This document shows positions 18,313-26,898 of a DNA stretch of 32,407 bases, piece after piece. The DNA is taken from the IMG/VR virus record IMGVR_UViG_3300025519_000061, positions 1-32,407 of that record; one strand, 5' to 3'. Position 1 is the first letter of the stretch. Each line of letters opens with the position of its first letter. The position numbers and the translations under genes are program-made. The stretch comes from a virus (lineage: Duplodnaviria > Caudoviricetes). The notes under the pieces are model-generated. The model saw nothing but the letters and a program-made list of their open reading frames with translations. It was not told where the DNA came from and did not search any database.

Positions 18313-20040
18313 TCACCTCCCCACTAGTTGCATAAATTCTGAACGATTGTCAATGTAAACTCTATAACAGATTATAAGAGTTACGGCTCCATCAATTTTT
18401 TTGTCATCCTGGTCTTGTACTTTTACAGGTCGAATTTCCATTCTGCTATTAAGTTCTAATGCTGTATTTTCTAAGCAATACTTATCGATTGGATTGTTAT
18501 TATAATTAATTAGTTTGCTCCTCAAATCAGCTTCTACAAGTTTCATTGGGTCAGACATACTAGAAAATTCCTGACTTACTTTAACAGTATCAAATCCGAA
18601 GTCCTCCATTTCTTTTGACCAATAGACCGCTGACCATTTATCATACCCTGTCTTATAAACTCTGATTCCATAATCTCTATAAAGACTAACGAAAAATTTT
18701 GTTACAAGGCTAAAATCATTTTCATTACCTGGTGACACCACAACTAAATCATTTCTAATCCAATCCTCAAACCTTCTTTTCTCTTCTGTTGACATGTTTT
18801 CAATTTTTGATTCTGGTATAAAATATTTTTGATAGGTGTATTTTTTCTTGTCTCCTTTTCTCATCAAAAGAACTCTTGCGCTGGCAAGATCACCTGTTTT
18901 TGATAAATCAACTCCACCAATAGCAAAACAGCCTCTAAATTCTTCAAGGTCAAACACTTCTTCATTGATGATATCTTCATGGTTAAGCCAAGCCTGTGCG
19001 TTATTTTGCTTAATATTAAAGTCTTTAGATAAAACAAAAACACGCATGGCCTTGTCGGTTCTTGCTTCTTCAATCATTTTCCGCAAAAAACTCCATTTTT
19101 TTATAACACCTACACCCGGATTCGATTTCACCCAAGTCTTTTCATCTTGCCAAACTTCTTTTTCACTGTCCTGTGTATATAACCAAATTCTCCATCTTGG
19201 TCGCTCAAGTTCCCCATTTAGCACTTGCCTAGCTTCCTTCAATCTTCCGTCAAGATAACCATCATTAACGACTCCTTCTGTTGTTAATTCGATATATAGA
19301 GGATCATCTTGAGTAGATAAAGCTTGTCTTATCGGCATGATTGATGAATTATCTTTTAACTCATGCACCTCATCCACAGCACCAACTTTTATGTTTCGGC
19401 CTTCTTTTGCTCCGGTTTTTGCAGATATTTTTCGGATAGATCCTTTATTTTGGTAACTAAATTTCCCCCTCTTTTTAGGACGCTTGGGGTTACCAAAGAA
19501 AATACCTTTAATGTTTTTCCTGGTAACCTTAGCAAGGGTTTTACTTTCTTCTCTCATTGCGTCAATTGCCTGAAACATTAAATCAGCTTGCTCATAATCA
19601 TTGGAAGCACAAAGTATTTTTGTACCCATTTCTCCACAAAAAAACTCCGCTAAATTAATTGCAGAAATAAGAGGGGTCTTTCCATTTTTCCTGGCAACTA
19701 AAAAAAGGACGTCTTGAATTAATCTAACCCATCGATTAACTTCTTCGTCCCAAACTTTAAATATATATATTGATTCTATAAATGCCTTTTGAAAAAGCAT
19801 TAAAATAAATGGTTTCCCTGCAAACGGCGCTTCAAAATGTCTACACTCTCTTTCAATGAATTTGATTCTTTTATGAGCATCTTCAAAATCTATTTTTACA
19901 TCCGGATTATTAAACAGGGGAAGAATTCTATCAAACTCTTGCATTAATTCCTTGCCTACAAGAATCTCTCCTGATTTACATTTGCTTATATACTGCAAAA
20001 GATATGAGTGATTAAGATATGGATATAAATTTGAACTCAT
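18313..20040 (-). CDS. terL: Terminase large subunit
   Basis: VARKNGKT Walker A, VDEVHE Walker B, GGVDLS and KIDGAV nuclease motifs. Confidence 0.96.
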   Translation of the reverse strand: MSSNLYPYLNHSYLLQYISKCKSGEILVGKELMQEFDRILPLFNNPDVKIDFEDAHKRIKFIERECRHFEAPFAGKPFILMLFQKAFIESIYIFKVWDEEVNRWVRLIQDVLFLVARKNGKTPLISAINLAEFFCGEMGTKILCASNDYEQADLMFQAIDAMREESKTLAKVTRKNIKGIFFGNPKRPKKRGKFSYQNKGSIRKISAKTGAKEGRNIKVGAVDEVHELKDNSSIMPIRQALSTQDDPLYIELTTEGVVNDGYLDGRLKEARQVLNGELERPRWRIWLYTQDSEKEVWQDEKTWVKSNPGVGVIKKWSFLRKMIEEARTDKAMRVFVLSKDFNIKQNNAQAWLNHEDIINEEVFDLEEFRGCFAIGGVDLSKTGDLASARVLLMRKGDKKKYTYQKYFIPESKIENMSTEEKRRFEDWIRNDLVVVSPGNENDFSLVTKFFVSLYRDYGIRVYKTGYDKWSAVYWSKEMEDFGFDTVKVSQEFSSMSDPMKLVEADLRSKLINYNNNPIDKYCLENTALELNSRMEIRPVKVQDQDDKKIDGAVTLIICYRVYIDNRSEFMQLVGR

Positions 20041-20363
20041 TCATAATCACTCAAATCCTCGTCATCATCTAACATATTTTTATTTAAGATACCGTTTAAT
20101 GTTTTAATAATAACCGAATAACTATTGACGTTTTTTAAATATTGTTTAGCTGCTTCAACCGGTTTCTGCATAGCTGGATTGCTAGGATGAATCTTAACCA
20201 TCCCAATTTCAGCCAATGTTTTTCTTAGGAAAAAATTTTCCGATTTAAGAAAAGCTGCATCCTCAATTAATCCTTCAACTAACTTGCGTTTAGATTCATC
20301 AACAGAGGTGAAAATCTCTGTCAATTTCTGCAACTCTTGTTGATACACGGCCTTTTTAGACAT
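20037..20363 (-). CDS. Terminase small subunit (P27-like)
   Basis: ~108 aa overlapping the TerL start; LVEGLIEDAAFL and YSVIIKTL motifs; GGAGG RBS. Confidence 0.75.
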   Translation of the reverse strand: MSKKAVYQQELQKLTEIFTSVDESKRKLVEGLIEDAAFLKSENFFLRKTLAEIGMVKIHPSNPAMQKPVEAAKQYLKNVNSYSVIIKTLNGILNKNMLDDDEDLSDYE

Positions 20364-20394
20364 AGTTTTTTCAACCTCCAACGAATTTCAAAAT

Positions 20395-20468
20395 TTTCGG
20401 CGTGTGTGTAAGAAAGGTCCCCCCCTCGGTCCCCTCAGGCACTAGGAAAATTGATGACCGGGGGGATA
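20395..20468 (-). other. Candidate cos region
   Basis: GC-rich island TCCCCCCGG...GGGGACCGAGGGGGGGACC between HNH and terS, the usual cos position. Confidence 0.5.
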
Positions 20469-20708
20469 TAATTGCTGAATAGATTCATGGAAAAATTTAT
20501 TATGTTCTATAGTTTTAGTATTTAATCCGCCACTAGTCGTATCATGATGTTCAACATGTATAAACGTAGGATGAATCTTATCACCATTAGTAATCCAGTC
20601 AAAAGAAACTCTAATCATACCAGTAACTTCTTGACCTTTATACATAACTTTCGGTGTACTATTAATATCATCTAATACTAATTGAAACATAGGTTTGTCT
20701 TTCATCAT
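20442..20708 (-). CDS. Hypothetical phage protein
   Basis: 88-aa ORF with GAGGTG RBS. Confidence 0.7.
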   Translation of the reverse strand: MMKDKPMFQLVLDDINSTPKVMYKGQEVTGMIRVSFDWITNGDKIHPTFIHVEHHDTTSGGLNTKTIEHNKFFHESIQQLYPPGHQFS

Positions 20709-20714
20709 TTCACC

Positions 20715-21398
20715 TCATTTTGTAAAAGTCTCAAACCACTTCTCAATATACTTTGTCCACTCATCTTTCCTGTACTTTCTTTCCTCATCTACTTCTAATC
20801 TACTTAAACAGTCTTCCTTGCTTACATCCATAAAGATTAGTTCTGCTCCTAGATCATTGGCTAATCGTTCACGTTTATATTTATCTGCATATCCACCAAT
20901 TACCCAAGCATTATGCCACTTTCCAAACCTCGTCTTGATATTATCTATTAAATGATTATGAATACCAATTACATTAGAGAATAAGTTATCTGGTTTATCA
21001 TAGTAAGGTAGCATTGACACAGCAGAATATAATTGGTCCATATTGACGACTAGATCACCACGTTCCATGTTTTGACGGACAAATGTTGTTTTACCACTCA
21101 TTGGTGGTCCATATACTAAATAAACTTCTTTAGAGCCCTTATAGCCAAAACGTTTATGGGTTCTGTTATGACAATCAAAGCAAACTAATTCAATGTTAGA
21201 TGGGTTCAAACTAATAGTATGATCATGGACGTTTTCGGGAGTAAGCTCTATTTTATGGTGGCCAATAATATCTTTTGATTTTGCTATAACCTTACCACAA
21301 TGTTCACACTTATTTCCGCGTTCATTAATCAAGTTTAACCGCAATGTTATCCACTCATCAGAAGCGTAAAAAGATTTTAGTATGGAATATTTAGCCAT
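20715..21398 (-). CDS. HNH endonuclease fused to a P-loop NTPase domain
   Basis: CEHC...HHK...N...CFDCHN..H, then LVYGPPMSGKTT. Confidence 0.88.
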   Translation of the reverse strand: MAKYSILKSFYASDEWITLRLNLINERGNKCEHCGKVIAKSKDIIGHHKIELTPENVHDHTISLNPSNIELVCFDCHNRTHKRFGYKGSKEVYLVYGPPMSGKTTFVRQNMERGDLVVNMDQLYSAVSMLPYYDKPDNLFSNVIGIHNHLIDNIKTRFGKWHNAWVIGGYADKYKRERLANDLGAELIFMDVSKEDCLSRLEVDEERKYRKDEWTKYIEKWFETFTK

Positions 21399-21404
21399 AT
21401 CTAA

Positions 21405-22088
21405 TCACCACGCCTTTTGTTTTGCTGTATCGATATCCGCTTTAATTTTATTGATTCTCAACCGATGTTCCTCTTTCACTTCTTCAGGTGGTAAAGTTCT
21501 TAATAGTTCTTCATATTGTTTTATCTTTCGTGATATTGCTGCCATAGCTGCAGCTTGTGAGGTTAAGGCCTTTGCTTGTTTATCCCAAGCATGTTGAATT
21601 TCATATTCGATTTCCTCTGATGAACTTTTATCGTCCGAATAACTCTTTTGTTTCTTTATTACTTGTGTCATGTCTTCTTTGTCTTTAACATACATAATCT
21701 TTTGAGCACGAATAAAATTGGTAAACATGACAAGAATTTCTTCATAAACGATATCTAATGTACTCATACCCTCTCGAACTGCTTCGTATATTTCTTGTAA
21801 TTCTTCATCATTCGGTAACCACTTTTTAAAATACCCATGTTTAACAGCATTTTGATTTCCCAAAGGAGCACCACCTTTATTACCTACTGCATTTTTGTTA
21901 CGATATGGAGCCCCTCTTTTCGGATATGAATCTGGTATTTCTTCCCATTTGTCTACACATTTCCATTTTCTAACTTGACTAGCACTAATGCCTAGTTCTT
22001 CTGCAATCTCTTTAGGTTTCTTCTGTCGCCCACTCTGGAGCCATAATTTAAGGGCTTTTAATCGTTTTGGACTTATTTGTCTAGACAC
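21405..22088 (-). CDS. Second terminase-small-subunit-like protein (YqaS/XtmA type, N-terminal HTH)
   Basis: EIAEELGISASQVRKWK HTH and GAPYRNKNAVGNKGGAPLGNQNAVKHG motif. Confidence 0.8.
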   Translation of the reverse strand: MSRQISPKRLKALKLWLQSGRQKKPKEIAEELGISASQVRKWKCVDKWEEIPDSYPKRGAPYRNKNAVGNKGGAPLGNQNAVKHGYFKKWLPNDEELQEIYEAVREGMSTLDIVYEEILVMFTNFIRAQKIMYVKDKEDMTQVIKKQKSYSDDKSSSEEIEYEIQHAWDKQAKALTSQAAAMAAISRKIKQYEELLRTLPPEEVKEEHRLRINKIKADIDTAKQKAW

Positions 22089-22224
22089 ATCAAAAACCTC
22101 ACCTCCGGGCGAATTGAGTTGTTTTCACGTTTTGTTTTTTTCTTAATTTGGAGCGATAAGATTTCAAATGAAAAATGTTTGGGAAATAGAAAAAAATCAC
22201 CTAAAAAAACTACTCAAAAAAATG

Positions 22225-22250
22225 AAAAAAACACCTGAAAAATGGTGTTT
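22225..22250 (-). terminator. Terminator between the recombinase and packaging genes
   Basis: AAACACC-ATTTTTCA-GGTGTTT followed by TTTT. Confidence 0.55.
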
Positions 22251-22251
22251 G

Positions 22252-22281
22252 AGTGAATCATAATATATATTCTGTTGCACT
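22252..22281. other. dif-like tyrosine-recombinase core site A
   Basis: AGTGAATCATAA-TATATA-TTCTGTTGCACT: 12-bp imperfect inverted arms (9/12) with a 6-bp spacer. Confidence 0.7.
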
Positions 22282-22336
22282 GTTAAAATAAATTAAAATC
22301 TTGATATTTCAATATCCTTTCATGTTTTACTAATTG

Positions 22337-22367
22337 ACTGCAAATCATATATATTTTGTGTTGCACT
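22337..22367. other. Related core-type site B, directly repeated
   Basis: ACTGCAAATCAT-ATATATT-TTGTGTTGCACT; right arm 11/12 identical to site A. Confidence 0.6.
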
Positions 22368-22371
22368 AAAT

Positions 22372-22935
22372 CTAAAAAGAAAGTCGTTTTGTCTGTTCGT
22401 CCATCATCTCTTGCGTGACTCCGATGTACATTAAAGTGATGGTTTCATTGGAGTGATTGAACATTTTCATTAGTAACGCTAAGTTAGAAGGATTCTGCAT
22501 GTAAAGATGATATCCATATGTTTTTCTCATCGTATGAGTACCAATTTCTGTAAGACCAAAATGTTCTCCTGCTTCTTTTAACATGCGATAGGCTGTACTT
22601 CTATCTATTGGTTGACCTTTTATTTTGCTCTTAGTTTTTTTCTGTCTACTCTGAAATAAGTACTCATTATCATCTTTTCCAGCAATAAAGGTATTTAAAT
22701 CCTCTCTTATTGATGGATGTATGAGGAACTTTTTAGCTTTTCTCGTCTTACTCTCAATAATGTTTACATGTGTACCCTTGACCATACCAACACGTAAACT
22801 AAGTAAATCACTTACTCGAAGGCCACTATAAATCCCCATACAAAAAAACAAGTAGTTACGTAAACTCCTTGCTTTCAAGTATTCTTTGATTCCTTTAATA
22901 ACTTTTGGATCTCGAATCGGTTGTACAAAATTCAC
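22372..22935 (-). CDS. Small tyrosine recombinase (catalytic domain only)
   Basis: GLRVSD (R), SKT (K), HTMRK (HxxR), FNHS (H), YIG (Y); 187 aa. Confidence 0.92.
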   Translation of the reverse strand: MNFVQPIRDPKVIKGIKEYLKARSLRNYLFFCMGIYSGLRVSDLLSLRVGMVKGTHVNIIESKTRKAKKFLIHPSIREDLNTFIAGKDDNEYLFQSRQKKTKSKIKGQPIDRSTAYRMLKEAGEHFGLTEIGTHTMRKTYGYHLYMQNPSNLALLMKMFNHSNETITLMYIGVTQEMMDEQTKRLSF

Positions 22936-22941
22936 AGGTTT

Positions 22942-23139
22942 TCACCTTCTCCTCATAGCGCCTCTTACTCGTTTATAAATATCCATTCTCACTCCCATCA
23001 GGTCCTCTAAATCCCGACGGCTAATTTTTTCTGTAAATTTTTTCGTTTTACTATCATCAGATTGTATCATATTATCTTTCATTAGTTGCTTAAATTTCTT
23101 TTGTTGTGATTCTGATAAAAAATCAATCATCTTCATCAA
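22942..23139 (-). CDS. Small basic phage protein
   Basis: 65 aa, AGGGGG RBS, LMG...YKRVRGAMRRR C-terminus. Confidence 0.7.
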   Translation of the reverse strand: MMKMIDFLSESQQKKFKQLMKDNMIQSDDSKTKKFTEKISRRDLEDLMGVRMDIYKRVRGAMRRR

Positions 23140-23159
23140 TATTCCCCCTGTTTTATAAC

Positions 23160-23424
23160 ACCACCTTGTGCTAACTGCTTATATAAATTATCCCGTTAAG
23201 TAACAATTCCCCGGGAGATTGGCTAAGGATTGTATCAACGGTCGCTGAACTAATTCAGACTCTTTGCAAAGGAATTTCACACTTTGCATTCCCGTGGCTA
23301 TCGTGCGCAATACTGCCTAGACTCCAGTTGCTCCCCCGTAAATTCAGCCGACAACCTTCATAGTCACTCGATACACCCGAGTACATCTTGATAAAGGAAA
23401 GATGCTTCTCCTTTTTTTGTTTCT
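23160..23424 (-). ncRNA. Candidate structured late-leader RNA
   Basis: ORF-free, GC-richer than its flanks, with several nested helices. Confidence 0.5.
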
Positions 23425-23430
23425 GTTAAA

Positions 23431-23507
23431 ATCGTAAACTTTATTTAAAAATAAATATTCCCTTGTTTTATCCATAATTTTGTCCCTATTTTTCTCTGGT
23501 TTTTGTC
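23431..23507 (-). promoter_or_regulatory. ArpU-dependent late promoter with four GA(C/T/G)AAAA direct repeats
   Basis: Repeats at 23466, 23478, 23490 and 23501 (period 11-12 bp); -10-like TACGAT at 23436-23431; no good -35. Confidence 0.6.
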
Positions 23508-23526
23508 GTAGAAATGAAAAACAGCA

Positions 23527-23898
23527 CTAAATGATTCTAAGTGCTGTGGCGATTTGAAATATAGCTTGCTTTTTATACATGTAATATTGGTCCTTTGTAA
23601 TTCCCATATCTAAGTACAGTTCAATGTCTTTAATTCTTGTTGCACTAAGATACTTTTTTTCAATAATTTCTCGCTCAATTTCATCAAGTGCCTCATTGAT
23701 TGCCCGGTTAATTTGCTTAAACTTTATAATTTTTTCTTTTTCATTGTTGTTAAGCATTGGAAATAAAATTTCTAATCCTTCATCTTCAATTTCCTTTTTA
23801 TTTTCCATAGCAATTCGCAATGCTTTAAATTCCTTTAATTCCTTGATAACAATGTTTCTTACCTTTCTTTCATCTATTCCTTGTACTAATAGATCCAT
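23527..23898 (-). CDS. ArpU-family late transcriptional activator
   Basis: INRAINEALDEIEREIIEKKYL and YYMYKKQAIFQIATALRII motifs; position before the packaging module. Confidence 0.85.
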   Translation of the reverse strand: MDLLVQGIDERKVRNIVIKELKEFKALRIAMENKKEIEDEGLEILFPMLNNNEKEKIIKFKQINRAINEALDEIEREIIEKKYLSATRIKDIELYLDMGITKDQYYMYKKQAIFQIATALRII

Positions 23899-23919
23899 TC
23901 ATTATTCCCCCCTTTAAAT

Positions 23920-23987
23920 AAAAAAGACACCAATTATCAGCAAATTTTGCCGTAATCAGTGTCCTCAGGCTTTCCAATCTTGGACTA
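23920..23987 (-). terminator. Terminator with AGTCCAAGA..GGAAAGCCTG leader, directly upstream of the ArpU gene
   Basis: GACACTGATTACGGCAA...TTGCTGATAATTGGTGTC followed by TTTTTT. Confidence 0.7.
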
Positions 23988-24004
23988 TATTCTTTTGTAA
24001 TAAT

Positions 24005-24334
24005 CTAATAATCTACAACATCCCAGCAATGGCATTTTAAGCAAATATTAATTTGTAATCCTCTGTCATCACTATCCCAATCATCCTCTGGAATATCTGT
24101 AACTAATGCTGTACTTATCCGATAACTACAAATTGTTGATTTGGAAACATTATTATAATTTCCATTTGTTTCATAACAATATCCACAGTGTTCCTTAAAT
24201 GTAGACGAAAAATAACTATCCAAATTTTTGTTGACTTGTTTTAGATTCTGGAATAACCAAAACAATTCTACCTCGCTAGGTTCTACATTAGAAGCTGCCC
24301 AACTGCCTCTAAAATTCTTGATTTTAAGTTCCAT
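24005..24334 (-). CDS. Hypothetical protein with two CxxC motifs (possible zinc binder)
   Basis: CGYC and CLKC; GAGGTG RBS. Confidence 0.7.
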   Translation of the reverse strand: MELKIKNFRGSWAASNVEPSEVELFWLFQNLKQVNKNLDSYFSSTFKEHCGYCYETNGNYNNVSKSTICSYRISTALVTDIPEDDWDSDDRGLQINICLKCHCWDVVDY

Positions 24335-24370
24335 TCTTTTTCACCTCATTAATTTTTGAAATACGAATAA

Positions 24371-24712
24371 TTAATAACCGATATAAACAACAATTGCTTT
24401 AATCCAATTTAATTGGTCAATTCTGCTTATCGTAATTGCATTTATATTTGCTGCTTGTTTGTCATCCGCACATTGCACATCAGGATATAGCTCTTCAAAG
24501 ACTTCATCTGCTATTTCATCAAATAACTCATCTTCATTTTCAAAACGTAACCACACTTTTTCATCGATTGTCGTGTATTCATCAATTAAAATTCTCGTTG
24601 GGTAACCAAGAGTATAAGGATATTCGCTTCCTTCATCTGGGTACAAAAAAATTAATTTTCTATCAGGGTTAGATATTAAAATATCAATTAATTCCTGTGT
24701 TTTATTTATCAT
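24371..24712 (-). CDS. Hypothetical acidic phage protein
   Basis: 113-aa ORF with AAGGA RBS. Confidence 0.7.
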   Translation of the reverse strand: MINKTQELIDILISNPDRKLIFLYPDEGSEYPYTLGYPTRILIDEYTTIDEKVWLRFENEDELFDEIADEVFEELYPDVQCADDKQAANINAITISRIDQLNWIKAIVVYIGY

Positions 24713-25091
24713 TGTTTATCATCCTTTTTTACAACATAATTTCTTTCAATTATCCATTACACAGTTTCATCGAATTGTACGTTAAAAGATACAAGTTAAT
24801 CGATAAGTCTAATTTCCATCTCAGGGTGTTCTTCCAAATAGTCATATAAATCATCAATAGTGTACAATGCGTTATCCTCTACTATAGAGGAAATAATGAT
24901 AAGTAAATCAAAGTATTTTATTTTCATAACCTACACTCCTTCGCAATTTCTTTCAATTGCTCTGTACATTTTTTATTCAAAACCAGCTTTAAAGCTGGCA
25001 CTTTTACCTTTTTCATATTTCTGTTGCAAGGCTGGATTCTTAGTCATAACTTATCACTCCTTAACAAACCGTCTCGCAAAAAGTAATTGCC

Positions 25092-25346
25092 CTACTTTCG
25101 AGTTAGATTGTTGATTTCTTCGTTAAGCCGGATAATTTCTTGTTTTGCCTTGTGCAGCTGATTTTCTAAAAATGCGTTAATTCTGATTGCTTGGTCTTTT
25201 GCAGCTAAAGCATGATCAAGTTGCTCTTTCAATGCCTCGTATCGCTTAGTAATTGACTCATTTTGACCGATTAGGCTTGTTTTTGTACTATTTATCTTGG
25301 AAACTTTTAAATCGTCGTATAAGCCATTTTTGATGATATTTGACAT
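25092..25346 (-). CDS. Hypothetical coiled-coil protein
   Basis: 84-aa ORF with heptad pattern; weak RBS. Confidence 0.5.
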   Translation of the reverse strand: MSNIIKNGLYDDLKVSKINSTKTSLIGQNESITKRYEALKEQLDHALAAKDQAIRINAFLENQLHKAKQEIIRLNEEINNLTRK

Positions 25347-25430
25347 TTTTAGGGTATTTAACTTTCAGAGTGAAAATTGATAGATTAACCATCAAAAATC
25401 AACCTCTTCCATAATCTTAATTAGTGTGAT

Positions 25431-25886
25431 TTATGATGTTTTACTTCTTCCGTACCATTCTTTTAGCCTTTTCCCTCTTAATAGATTTCCAAGACGTTCT
25501 TCGCAAAATGTCAGCATATCATCTCTTTGTTTGCCCCAATACGTTTCATCGAAATTCTCTTCTTCTTCTCTTATCGTGCCTACATCATAGTTATAAATAA
25601 CAGCCATCAAGAGCAGTAGAGTATCTTCCTCGTTCAATGAGTCTAACCACTCTTGATTGTTTTTGATTGTTTTCTTTCTGGCAGGACTGCCTGTTGTAAT
25701 GATTAATGTGTTGTTTTCGATTTCGATACATTCTGCATAATCTATCGGCTCATCTACCAACGTGTACGGAACATTTTCAACACTACCTTCATAGACAGCA
25801 TTCGCTTCACCAGAATTTACATTTGTTAGTTTTACAACAATTTCCGTTTCAGGAGATAATTTTTCAAGCAGTTCTTTTAATTTCAT
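25431..25886 (-). CDS. Hypothetical phage protein
   Basis: 151-aa ORF, ATGA overlap with the upstream gene. Confidence 0.7.
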   Translation of the reverse strand: MKLKELLEKLSPETEIVVKLTNVNSGEANAVYEGSVENVPYTLVDEPIDYAECIEIENNTLIITTGSPARKKTIKNNQEWLDSLNEEDTLLLLMAVIYNYDVGTIREEEENFDETYWGKQRDDMLTFCEERLGNLLRGKRLKEWYGRSKTS

Positions 25887-26293
25887 TTTTGTTTACCACC
25901 TCTATAAAAATCAGGAAGTTCTCGCCATGCTATAACATGAGTGTGATTCCAATAATTTTTGGGGCCTATTTTATCTGTACCGTCATAAAAAGCGATTGCT
26001 AAACTTCTCGAAGTGCCTGTTTTAGTTTCATCCCAACATCCGCCATGATAATAATTCAATTCAGATGTAACTAAGTAATGACCTTTTTTTTCTGGAAGTC
26101 TTTCAGATACAGGAACCCAACCTTCATTTTCTTTTTCAAGTAACCAATCCACCTGAATAAGAATATCCTCAAATATATCTCGTACCTGTTTATCCAGTTT
26201 TAAACCTAAAGCATAATTCACCCTGTCTGTAATTGCTCTCGCATTATAAGTATTCATTTTTAAAATCCTCCTTATATCACTCTGATAGTTCAA
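25883..26293 (-). CDS. DUF551-domain protein
   Basis: WVPVSERLPE...YLVT...VIAWRELP. Confidence 0.8.
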   Translation of the reverse strand: MNYQSDIRRILKMNTYNARAITDRVNYALGLKLDKQVRDIFEDILIQVDWLLEKENEGWVPVSERLPEKKGHYLVTSELNYYHGGCWDETKTGTSRSLAIAFYDGTDKIGPKNYWNHTHVIAWRELPDFYRGGKQK

Positions 26294-26447
26294 TATCTCA
26301 TTTTTATCACTCCTTACTACGGTTTGGATTATTCTGCTTTCGCCAACCGTTCATCCTAATGATAACGTTTTCCCCGGCTTCAATTAACATCTTGCTATAG
26401 GTTGTACCAAGCTTGGGATAGGTTTGTTCCCAAGTTTGGTGGAATAA

Positions 26448-26648
26448 TTATAGTAACTCGTATTCTTCAAACTTTATTCGCTTTGCTTTACCATTTACAG
26501 TTTCGATGATCGTATAGCCATGATTTACAGCATTACATTTACTCACCTTTCCTTGGTTGCCATCAAGTATAATAATCTTTATCTTTCCTGGTTCTACTGA
26601 TTCAGTAACGGATAAATTATCATTCAATTCAACACGTTCAATTTTCAC
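26448..26648 (-). CDS. XtrA/YqaO-family protein
   Basis: IIILDGNQG...HGYTIIETVNGKAKRIKFEE; GGAGGTG RBS. Confidence 0.75.
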   Translation of the reverse strand: MKIERVELNDNLSVTESVEPGKIKIIILDGNQGKVSKCNAVNHGYTIIETVNGKAKRIKFEEYELL

Positions 26649-26721
26649 ACGAACACCTCCATGGTATAATAAAGGTATTCGGCTCTTTATATTATCCGGT
26701 CATCTTGCACATGGCCGGAGT

Positions 26722-26898
26722 TTAATTTTTATGGTTAATTACTTCAAAAGTCATTAGACAACCAAACCCATAACCATATTCTTTTATTTCACTTTCTTTT
26801 TTCCAACCTCGCCTTTCATGCATTTCTATTACTTTTTTAATCTTGTCTTCTGTTAAACCGTAGACAATTTTTCTTAGACACTTTGATTTTCCCCTCAT
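26722..26898 (-). CDS. Small hypothetical protein, 58 aa (not in the ORF track)
   Basis: MRGKSKCLRKIVYG...; AAGGAGG RBS; abuts the upstream stop. Confidence 0.6.
   Translation of the reverse strand: MRGKSKCLRKIVYGLTEDKIKKVIEMHERRGWKKESEIKEYGYGFGCLMTFEVINHKN

Noticed and set aside
22372-22935. The small recombinase as the prophage integrase
   Set aside because: Too short, lacks arm- and core-binding domains, and sits in the late region; the integrase is expected beyond the repressor.
24713-25090. Short ORF fragments (MKIKYFDL..., MTKNPALQ...)
   Set aside because: Short and apparently degenerate; no product can be supported.
26406-26440. Hairpin after the xtrA-like gene
   Set aside because: The stem is clear but has no U tract, and no function can be supported.
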